A stretch of 64,000 nt of DNA from Felis catus (taxonomy: Eukaryota), in the NCBI RefSeq assembly GCF_018350175.1, contig NC_058383.1, positions 8,186,001-8,250,000 on the forward strand, written 5' to 3'. Below, piece after piece: positions 51,132 to 61,656 of this stretch. The translations under genes were made by a program, and so were the position numbers. Every line of letters begins with the position of its first letter. The stretch's first letter is position 1. The notes beneath the pieces were generated by a model. The model was not told where the DNA came from. It did not search any database and worked only from the letters and a program-made list of their open reading frames with translations.

Positions 51132-51590
51132 GTATTAGCTTTCTGTTGCTGCTGTTAACAAATGACCGCAAACACTGTGGCTTGAAACAATACACAGATT
51201 TATTATCTTACATTTCTCGAGTCAGAAGTCCGAAATGGGTCTCACTGGGCTGAAAGAGCTTCGAAGGACTGGTCCTCCTGGAGGCTCCAGGGGAGCATCC
51301 ATTTCCTTGCTTTTTCCAGCTTCTGGGGGTTGCCTGCGTCACGTGACGGGTAGGTCCTTCCTCTGTCTTCAAAGGGCACCCTCCACCCTCTCTTTCCAAC
51401 ATTTCCTGCCTCTCTGACTCTGATTTTCATCTTACAAGGACCCTTGTGATTAGGTTGGGCCCAGTGGATTATCCAGGATCATCTCCCCACCTCAAGAACC
51501 TGCCAAGTCCCTTTAACCGTGTAAGATAACATATTCGCAGGGCTTAGGATGAGGACATCTTTGGGAGGGTCATTATTTAGCCCACTACAC
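51132..51590 (-). mobile_element. MaLR LTR (MLT1C-like)
   Basis: tgtattagctttctgttgctgctg...tggaggctccaggggagcatccatttccttgc...ggacatctttgggagggtcattatttagcccactaca. Confidence 0.85.
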
Positions 51591-51759
51591 AAGCAGAAAT
51601 GAAGAGGGAAAGGCACACCAGATATTTGGGTCCTTGGAGAGTTCGGTTAATCCTGGATTTCAAACAGTGTTAATACTGAAAGTGGCTTGGGGCATCAAAA
51701 GCCTGTTAAGACTCAACCTTGCATGAAGAGTCATCATAAGGGCACGGCCTTCCCCACCC

Positions 51760-52425
51760 CAAGGTTTTATGTAGGCTGTGAGTTCGGGATTTGATTTTAG
51801 TTTTTCCTCCAAACCTCCCCTTATGCTTCTGTTGAATAATCCACCCTTTCTTAATAATTCAAAATATCACTTGTATCATATACTAAATTTCCCGGTATAC
51901 GCAACTCTTTTTCTGAACTCTTAATCTGATCTGGTGCCCAAACCACACCATTTTAATCACTGTATCCTTATTGTATGTCTTGTTAGCTGATAGAGCACTT
52001 CCTCCTTCACTGTTCATCTGTATCAAAAATATTCTTCACTGTTCTTGGGCTTTTTTTTTTTTTTTCCTTTGGGGTGAATTTTATAACCATTTTTTCTAGT
52101 TCTGTACAACATACTGCTGGGATTTTGATCTAGGTTGTGTTGGCGGGTTCATAGAATTCGACGTTTATGATATTGTGCGTTTTTTCAGGGACGAGGTCTA
52201 CTGATTTATCTAGATCTTCTTATGTTTATTCTTAGGCGTCTTATAGTTTTCATTGCGATCGTGAATGAGTTCTTTTTGTTCCTTGACATTTATAAATGTT
52301 TATGTCTGGCAAATAGGAAAGCTGTTGATTTGGGGCATATTGGTTTTATATCCAGTTACGTTCATGCATTAAAAAACTATATATATTTTAATGGTTTTTC
52401 AGGTGGTTCTCTGAGGTTTTGAGGT
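51760..52425 (-). mobile_element. Old L1 fragment
   Basis: Antisense L1 ORF2-type text (ccacaccattttaatcactg...ctgctgggattttgat). Confidence 0.6.
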
Positions 52426-52447
52426 AGAGAGTCCTAGGGTCTCCCAG

Positions 52448-52478
<31 letters not shown>

Positions 52479-54234
52479 TCCTTCCACACAAATGTCCCAG
52501 GTAGATGGTGTTCCCTCAGAACCTCAGGTGACCCAAAGCATCCCTGAGGGAGAGAAGGCAGTGTTTGAGACAAGCATGACTCTCTTAGCGACAGACGCAA
52601 GCTGCACCCACCGTAGACGGGAGTTAGATGTCCCGTTTGCCTCGTATGGCCTGGGGCTGGCTGTGTAGGCTGATTCTGATTCTGGTCCTTCTGTGCCTGT
52701 TGATGTGCTTGTGGGGGGAATCACAGGCACAGCTAGGGCTGAGTCACAGCTGTGTCCCAGAGAATACAGAGGGTCAAAATTGTGAGTGCTTGGGATCTTG
52801 AGACACCCTAGCAGGGACACTCCTGGGGGAGGGGAGGTCTGGGATTATGTGCCTTCGTTCTCACTGTGTCCCTGGCATCTGCTGACATAGAGCTGGAAGT
52901 AGGTGATAAAGCCAAGTAAGTTCATGCTGGGCGGGCGTAGGCGGGCAGGTCAGTTCGTAAAGACTCAGCCAAGTTGGACCGTGCTGGGTGGGCTCTAACA
53001 CTCAGGACTTTGGAGTCAGGCAAATTAGGTCAGAAACTTGGCTCCCCCTCTGGCCATGGGCAAGTTGCTGTTGACCTGCATCAGTTTGCACATCTGTGAG
53101 ATGGGACCCATCACAGCCAGTTCCACGGGAAGCGTTAAACGAGCCACTGGAGTCGGCCGTGTCACCCTTGGAATCGGCGTGGAGTGGCCCCTGGAGCGGG
53201 TGGTGCTGCGTTCTGGACTGTGTGTCTGCCACGAGCAGCTTTTCCCCTGGTCTCGTCCTGGCTTGCTTTCTTCTTGTTTCACATACTTATTCTGCAGCTG
53301 GGCTCAGGGTCAAGAGCCCCATCCTAGAGGGCTTTGTCTTCCATGGCGAGTAAGCCAGGATCCAGCATAGAACGTGAGCTAAAACAATCCCTTATTGATC
53401 CGACGGCAGCAGGACCACTGGGGACACCAGCGTGTTGACTTCTCGGGCTAAGGAGTCCAAGTCACTTGAGCTCGGGAGCAGAGGACTGCGTTCTAACCCG
53501 GGATGAACCGAAGAGCGAACAGGGAACCCGGCGGACCCCGATGCGGCGTGAGGGTCCAGGCAGTTGCACGAGCAAGGGGTTTGGCAGGAAAAACCCAATT
53601 TTCAGCCTTGGCCGTTGGCAGGGAGGCAGCAGTGCTGGAAATTGTCTGCCTGCTGGCCTGGGGCAGCTGCACGTGGGGACAGCTGTCTCAGCTTTCGATA
53701 TAGGATCTGCCCCGAGATTAATAGCAGAGCCTGGCCGTGCCCCTGGGGAGCGGAGAGGGGCTTGGGTTACAGTGCGCCAGGAAATTCACCTGCCCTGCTG
53801 ACAGTGGGTGGGTAGTCTGCAGGATGGATGGGCTCTGGGGGCTGGGGGGTGTCTGGGCAAGACAGCTTGCCACTGGCCGAGCCAAATCCACCCCCACCAG
53901 ATGCAAGCTGACCCTCCCAAGAGCCGCTTTCTTTCCGCTGGACCTGAAACCAGCGGGAGCTGATCTCCAAGAATGATGTGAAGAGCCGGGAATGGAAACC
54001 AAATGTTGGTGTCAGGTAGAGAAAGCTGATGGAAAGCCCTCGGCCCAGCAGGCCTGGCAGCGGTGGGGCTCAGACTCGGGTGGCCAGCACAGATGTTTAG
54101 GTGAAAGGGGCCTGACACGTTTCCTTTCAAACAAAAGTTTATTTTTTTCCCCGATTGTATTTATTTGCAGCTCGTTGGGAAACTATGGAAAAGTGGAAAG
54201 AAAGAAATCATTCATAATTCCGTTTTTGTAAGTT

Positions 54235-55323
54235 CTCAATTTTTTAATTCTTTTCATTGTGGTGAAATACACATAACATAAAACTGACTGACCACCTTAA
54301 CCACTTTTTTTTCAAGATAATGTGGTTTTTTTTTTTAAACGTTTATTTTTGAGAGAAAGCGCACACACGTGAGCAAGTGGGGGAGGGGACGAGATGGGGG
54401 AAACACAGAATCCGAAGCAGGCTCCAGGCTCTGAGCTGTCAGCACAGAGCCCGATGTGGGGCTCGAACCCACAACCCATGAGATCATGACCTGAGCTCAA
54501 GTCGGACGCTTAACCGATTGAGCCACCCACGTGCTCCAGTTGTCTGACTCTTAATCTCAGGTCTTTTTTTTTTTTTTTTTTTTGGAGAGGAGAGAGAGAG
54601 AGTGAGTGAGAGAGAGATGGAGAGGAGAGAGAGAATCCCAAACAGGCTCTGCACAGTCAGCATAGAGTCTGAGGTGGGGCTTGAACCCATGAACCATGAG
54701 ATCATGACCTGGGCTGAAGTCCGACGCTTAACCGACTGAGCCACCCAGGCGCCCCACCATCCATCTGCAAAACAGAAACTCTATACCCATTGGTCACTAA
54801 GCCCCTGTTCCCGCCTTCCCCCAGCCCTGGGCAACCACCTTTGTACTTCTTGTCTCTAGGAGTTTGACTGCTCTAAGTATCTCATCTAAGCGGAATCATA
54901 CAGTGTTTGCTCTTTGGTGAGACTGGCTTATTTCGTTAGCATAACATCCTCAAGGTTCATCCATGTTGAAGCAGATGTCAGCATTTCCTCCATGTTTCAG
55001 GCTGAATAATATTCTATCGTATGTACAGACCACATTTTGTTTGTCCTTCTTTCTGTTGACAGGTAGGTATTTCAATTTCTTCAGCCTTCTGGCTATTATA
55101 GACAATGCTGCTAAGAACATGGCCATGGAGAGAGTCCCTGCTCTCGGTTCTTTTGGGTAGATACCCAGAAGTGGAATGCCAGGGTCGTATGGCAATTCTG
55201 TTTTAATATTTTGAGGAACCACCATACTGTGTTCCACGGCAGATGCTCTATTTTGCATTTCTGCCAACAGTGTAAAAAGGGTTCCGATGTCTCCACATTC
55301 TCGCCAACACTTGTTATGTTCTG

Positions 55324-55372
<49 letters not shown>

Positions 55373-56370
55373 TTTTTTTCTTTCTTCCTTCCTTCCTTTT
55401 GATAGTAGCCACCCTGATGGTGTAAGGTAGCATCCTTATCCCATCGTGGTTTGGATTTGCATTTCTCCAATGATTAGTGATGTTGAACACCTTTTCATGT
55501 GTTTCTCGGTCATTTGTGTTCATCTCTGGAACAATACCTATTTAGGGTTTTTGCCCATTTTAAAAATTGGGTTGTTTGGGGCACCTGGGTGGCTTAGTCG
55601 GTTGAGCATCCAACTTCAGCTCAGGTCATGATCTCACGGTTCGTGGGGTTCAAGCCCCACGCTGGGCTCTGTACTGACAGCTCGGAGCCTGGAGCCTGCT
55701 TTGGATTCTGTGTCTCCCCTCTCTCTGCCCCTCCCCAGCTCGTGCTCTGTCTCTGTCTCTCAAAAATGAATAAACGTTTAAAAAGATTATAAAAAATAAT
55801 AAAAAATCAGGTTTTTTTTGTTGTTGCTGTGACTGTTGAGTTTTAAGTGTTCTTTATGTATTCTGGATATTAACCACTCATCAGGTCTATGATTTACAGA
55901 CATTTTCCCCCACTGGATGGGTTGCCTTTCACTCTTGATTGTGTTACTTTGGTGCACGAAGGTTTTTTTTTTTTTTTTTTAATTTTTTTTCTTTTTTTTT
56001 TTTTTCAACGTTTATTTATTTTTGGGACAGAGAGAGACAGACCATGAACGGGGGAGGGGCAGAGAGAGAGGGAGACACAGAATCGGAAACAGGCTCCAGG
56101 CTCTGAGCCATCAGCCCAGAGCCTGATGCGGGGCTCGAACTCACGGACCGCGAGATCGTGATCTGGCTGAAGTCGGACGCTTAACCGACTGCGACACCCA
56201 GGCGCCCCTGGTGCACGAAGGTTTTACTTGTTGATGCAGTCTAGTATATCTCGATTTGCTTTTGTTGTCTGTGGTTTTGATGTCATATCCAAGAAATCAT
56301 TGCCAAATCCAGCGTCATGAAACTTCTGCCCTATATTTTCTTCTGTGTTTTGCCCTAAGAGTTTTACTCT
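54235..56370 (-). mobile_element. L1MB-like 3' end interrupted by CanSINEs (~54325-54536, 54560-54755, 55578-55805, 55967-56208) and (TTTC)n at ~55326-55395
   Basis: cattgtggtgaaatacacataacataaa...ttttgggtagatacccagaagtggaatg...tcatatccaagaaatcattgccaaatcc. Confidence 0.85.
55967..56208 (-). mobile_element. Young SINEC_Fc-type SINE with a perfect 17-bp TSD
   Basis: tggtgcacgaaggtttt at 55950-55966 and 56209-56225; long poly-T tail. Confidence 0.92.
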
Positions 56371-56379
56371 TAAAAACAT

Positions 56380-56580
56380 TTTTTTAAATGTTTATTTACT
56401 TTTGAGAGACAGAGTGTGAGAAGGGGAGGGGCGGAGAGAGAGGGAGACACAGAATCTGAAGCAGGCTCCAGGCTCTGAGCTGTCAGCACAGAGCCCCCCG
56501 CGGGCTTGAACCCATGAGCTGTGAGATCATGACCTGAGCTGAAGGCAGACGCTTAGCCGACTGAGCCACCTAGGCGCCCC
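56380..56580 (-). mobile_element. CanSINE
   Basis: Antisense copy. Confidence 0.9.
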
Positions 56581-57324
56581 GTGTCCCACCTTTTAACACA
56601 TTTGCCCAGAAGCCTCAGTGAAACAGGGGCTCTTCATTCATTCTGTAGATACGCCAGATGCCCCCGGTTTACTAGGGACCGTGTCAATTGCTGAACGTGC
56701 AGAAATGATTCAGAAGGGATCACCGCCTTCGAAGTCCAACAGAGGAGAACAAACGGTTACCATAGGAGGTCTGGATTCACCGAGGTCCGGACAAAGTTAT
56801 GATATAAGGAAACGGAGGCATGAGCAATGTGGTACCCAGGAGAGCTGGGGAGGCTCCCCAAAGCAGGTGATATTTGAGGTGGTTCTGGAGGAAGAAGAGG
56901 CCGAGCGGGGGAAGGTTGAGAACGGGGAGTGAGCAAGGCCCAGCGAGGGGGAAAGAAGGGGGCCGGCATGGCGGGGCCCGGGGTTCTGAGAACAAGAGGC
57001 AGGAAGCAAGGATGGAGGTGAGTGTGGGCCTCCGATGGAGGGCCTGACCTGCCAGGCAGGGGAGCTGTGGTTTATTCTGGGGGCCCCAAGGAGCCCCCGG
57101 AGGCCTGGAAGCAGCGGGGCGAGGCGGGCCACCAGGTGCAATGCCCATCAGAGCCTCGCAGCTACGTAATCAGGAGGCTTGTGTTCTGTTACCAGCCTGC
57201 AGAGAAATGAGGACGGCTTGGCCAATGGCAAAATGGCAAGTAGTCAGAGCTACCCGGGAATGGCTTTGTGATCGCTATTCACCATCATCTTCTGTGTTGG
57301 TCTGTGATGGCTGAACCGTAATTT

Positions 57325-57340
57325 ACTTTAATGTTTATTT

Positions 57341-57382
<42 letters not shown>

Positions 57383-57526
57383 ACCAGCAGGGGAGGGGCG
57401 GAGAGAGAGGATCCGAAGCGGGCTCCCAGCTGTCAGCACAGAGCCCGGTGCGGGGCTCGATCTCACGATCTGCAATATCATGAGCTGAAGTTGGACGCTT
57501 AACTGACTGAGCCACGCAGGCGCCCC
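57325..57526 (-). mobile_element. CanSINE
   Basis: Flanked by ggctgaaccgtaattta and ggctgaaccataattta (TSD). Confidence 0.9.
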
Positions 57527-59439
57527 AGGCTGAACCATAATTTAGCACATGGGAGGAGACCTGCCTTGGGCTTTGTTTCTGAAGGTAGTGTAGTGTGATG
57601 ACCAAGAGTCTGACCGTAATTTCGGCCCTGCCCCCGCCACCTGCTGGCTGTGTGACTTGGGAAAAGCCATTTCTTCTCCAGGAGCCTCGATTTCCTCATC
57701 TGTAAAGTGGAGTGGAGACGGTCATCATCTCTACCTCGAAACTGGGGGTGACAGTTACACAAGAAAAGTCTTTACAGCACTTGACTTTATCCCCATTGGA
57801 TCATATACTTTAATTTTTAATTTCGTTTTTGAATTTTTTCGGAAGTCCCACATGTACACAGCTTAAAGAACCAAAGAGGCCTGCAAGGCTTAAAATGAAA
57901 CAATAGCCCTTAATCGTATACCTAGATCGTATACAAAAGCAAGGGACAATCAAGTGACTGCGTGAGCGCGTGGCTGACTCATTCAGGAGACTGGGGCACC
58001 CGCCTCGCCCCTCTCCAGAGCAGGTCTGTAACTTCTCAGGGGTCCCAGAGTGAGGCCCTTGTCTTTGCTTTGTTCCTGCCACACCAGCTTTCCAGAAGCC
58101 ACTTTAAAGAAGCCACAGAGGCCACCAGCTTTAGGGGTCTTGCTTCTTCCTTTGAAGTGGGAGTGGGTGGAGAAGGGGGAGTGTTCCAGAAAATTCCTTG
58201 AGACAGCCTCCATGGAAATATCTGGTGGGGTCTCAGGGATTGGGAACCCCTTCTCTGAAGTTGGGAAGCCGGAGGTCCAGTGCAGGGGCTGTGCCTCGGG
58301 CCAGGCTTTGTGGGGAGGGCCTCTCACAGACCCCCCCCCCAGGGCCCTGTGTCCCCCTCTTATCCCGTGTGGCTTCAGGGCTCCTTCAGGAGAGTGTTCC
58401 CCTTCCTCGGGTCTCCTCTGTGGCCTGTGCCCTTTGCCCCCGCCCCTCGCCTCTCTGGCCTGACCCGCTAACGAAAGCCTTCTGTGCAGAGGTCGGTCGT
58501 GCCCGGCTGGGGTCACAGAAGCCTCATGGGGGACAGGGCGGCGGAAGGAGAAGGGCTGGGGGAGGGGCCTGGCGCACAGGGCTGCAGCAGATGGCGAAGA
58601 AAAACACGGGCTTGTTTGCCTCTCTGGGGGTTCGAGCACCAGATGGGAGTTTCTCTGGTCTGAGAAGCTTGCTCACACGCAGGCGCGTGTGGTAGTGTGT
58701 GTGGGGGGGGTTGGGGGGGGAGTCACCCCATTTGTGCTGCCGGTGCTGGGGCCTGGTGGGGGTTCTGGTTGCTGTTTACCTTCCTGAGAGACTGGCTTCG
58801 TCCCGGGCAGGGCCCGTGACCCACCCCGCCCCAGCCATGAGCATTTTGGGAGTGCGTCGGTGCGGGTCACGTTGAGTGACAGCGGGACTCGGGAGGCGTC
58901 CAGAGGAAAGGCGAGGAGAGTCCTCATCTTCCTGGATGGTCTTCCCCTTGACGCTCTGGGGGCGGAGGGAGCGATCTCCCCGTTTAGACCCAGTTTTGGA
59001 GGCCTTTCAAATTCTGCAGGTTTCAGTGTGGAGCTAAGTTCAGTTGGACATGAGCTTCTGTAGTGTTAGGCTGCCCAGGCCTGCCTGTGTTTGTGTCTCA
59101 TTGCGGGGACAGGCCTTGTTCCCCCCCTGCCCTCCACTGTCATCCCCAGGGGAAAACAGCGGAGCCGGGAGTTGAAGAGGGACTTGTCTGAGGTCACACA
59201 GCTGCGGAGTGGCTCAGCAGGGTGGAAGCTGGGCTTCTTGGCTTCACCCCTGTGCCGTCTGCATCACCAAGCTGAGGGTCTGTATTTAGATTGACGGAGT
59301 GGCAGGATATTCTAAAACGGCTGACAGCACAGAGCCCAATGCGGGGCTCGAGCTTACGAATTGTGAGGTCGTGACCCGAGCTGAAGTCGGACGCTTAACC
59401 GACTGAGCCACCCAGGCGCCCCTAAGACGTGCCGTTTCA

Positions 59440-59912
59440 GTAGAAAACTGTGAGGCATCGATATTTATTACTTACGATTTCTAGGACTAGTGGGCATGAC
59501 AAACCACATGGGGCCACATGAGGAAGCACCAGGGTTTTCCAGGGGTGGGTGGGGATGGAACGAGACACTTTGTTGTGGCTTTTGCTGGAAGGAACAGGTG
59601 GGGGAAGGTTGGCAGGCTTAGGCTGGCTAGTTTGGACAGTTGCAGGGGCTGTCCCTGGTGGTGTGGTGCCTGGCCCTGGGATGAATAGAGCTGGTGGATC
59701 GTGGCCCTGAGTGTGAGTCCCTAAAAGGTTGGGTGTAGCCTCTGGATGGGTTGGTTTGTATTGGAGAGCCATGCCCCGGGGGTGGGACTTTTGGGGGGTG
59801 GCTGTGAGGGAGCGGGAGGCAAAGGCAGGGGGACTCAGGCATACCCTTGGGTGATCCAGAACAAGATATGTGTGGCATGTGCCCGTAGGGCAGATGTTAA
59901 AGCATCAAGTTA
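59440..59912 (-). mobile_element. ERVL-class LTR (MER74-like), preceded by a SINE fragment (~59320-59422) and followed by a CanSINE (~59914-60120, +)
   Basis: ggggccacatgaggaagcaccagg...ggcttaggctggctagtttggacag...cagatgttaaagcatca; shares motifs with the 13.6-14.3 kb LTR. Confidence 0.6.
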
Positions 59913-61146
59913 AGGGGCGCCCGGGTGGCTCAGTCGGTTAAGCATCCGACTTCGGCTCAGGTCATGATCTCTCGGTTCGTGAGTTCAAGCCCCGTGTCGG
60001 GCTCCGTGCTGACAGCTCGGAGCCTAGAGCCTGCTTCGGATTCTGTGTCTCCCTCTCTCTCTAACCTTCCCCTGCTTGCACGCGCTCTCTCAATAATAAA
60101 TAGTAAACATTAAAGAAAAAAGCATCAAGTCGATAGCAGCTAGAAACACGACTGATACACAGGGTCCTGCGTGAGCCCATATTTGAGTGTTGCTAACTCA
60201 GAAACAGGTGACGACATGGCAGTCGGGCTCTGCAGCAGCCAGTGTGCTCCTTTCCAGCTGATGTGGACCCAGACAGGCAGGGACACATGTTACCCCTTAC
60301 ATCATTTAACTCCGAAATTAATTAGTTTGTTATCTGTTTAATATCTGTGTTCTCAGACTACAAGCCTCCTGAGCCCACAGACCAGGTCTGTCCCGGGCAC
60401 TGCAGTGCCTAGGACATCCTAGATGCCTCATTACATTGGCAAACACTAAATTAGAGCATATTACGTGTCGGGTGGTATTCTAAGCGTGTTGGGTACATTC
60501 ATTCTTGGTAAGGGCAGAGCCAGGACTTGAACCCTGGCTGTCCTAGTTCGTGCCCGTCACCACGGAGCTGCCTGACCGTTTGGGGTTTGAGTGTGTGGAG
60601 GATGAGCGACGAAGGAAGCACAGGTAGGTGGCAGGAGTGGCCTGGTGCAGAAAGGGCTGCGTTTGCGTGTGTCTGCACTGTAGCGGGTGCATTCGAGGAG
60701 CACAGCAGAGTGGTGAGGGAGCACGGAGGCGGGGGCGGGGGAGCCTGAGAGCAGGGGGGTGTAAGTGACTAGGAAGGGGGTCTTTCTGGGCAGAAGAGGG
60801 AGAGGTGGCTGTGAGTTTCCCGGCAGAACTGGACTCCGGAGGCAGGAGGGGCTCCCCAGGTCTGGAACCGGTGGGGCAGGGGTGCCCCGAGGGCGGTGGG
60901 TCTGGCATTCTTGAGCCACGTGCACCCACCTCCGGCGTCCCGTCTGTAGGGCTTCCGCACTGTTCCTTTGACCCACGCACCCTCTGTATTAACAAAGAAC
61001 CAAGTGTCCGAAAGCCAGATGTCTGCTGACGTCTGGGGACCCCGAAAGCGTGCTGAAGGTTTGCGACCCTGTCCCCACTTGTCTGAACACACCTCCCTCC
61101 GGAGGCCCAGCTTGGCCACCTCCTGGCTGTGTGGCCTGGGGCCAGC

Positions 61147-61513
61147 CGTGGGGAGACAGAATAACGGCCACCGAAGATGTCCACGTCCTAATCCCCAGAG
61201 CCTGTGAATAAGTGACCTTACATGGTCAAAGGGACTTCGCAGATGTGATTAAGTACTGCTGTTGGGATGGGAGAGGGTCGCGGGTTATCCTGGTGCGCAT
61301 GACCCAATCCCAAGGATCCCATTAAGAGGGAGGCAGAAGGGACCGAGGAACGCAGAGCCTCCAGAGGGAACCAGCCCAACGTCACCTTGACTCCAGCCCA
61401 GTGAAACTGATTTCAGACTTGCAACCTCCAGAAGTGTAAGATGGTAAATATGTGCTGTTTTTATGCCAGCGAGTTGGAGGTAATTTGTTACAATGGCGAC
61501 AGCAAGGTGATAC
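61147..61513 (+). mobile_element. MaLR LTR (MLT1D-like)
   Basis: gacagaataacggcc...aagatgtccacgtcctaatccccagagcctgtgaa...ggtaatttgttacaatggcgacagcaaggtgataca. Confidence 0.85.
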
Positions 61514-61656
61514 ACCACGTCCCTGCTCTGAACCCTCAGTCTTACCATCTGTAGAATGGTCAAGACGCCCATGTCCTGACGCTTCAGTTTCGGAGGGTCA
61601 GAAAGCAGGAGACCTTCTGGGCTGTTGCTGGAACTTTCTGTCACCATAAAGTAGGT

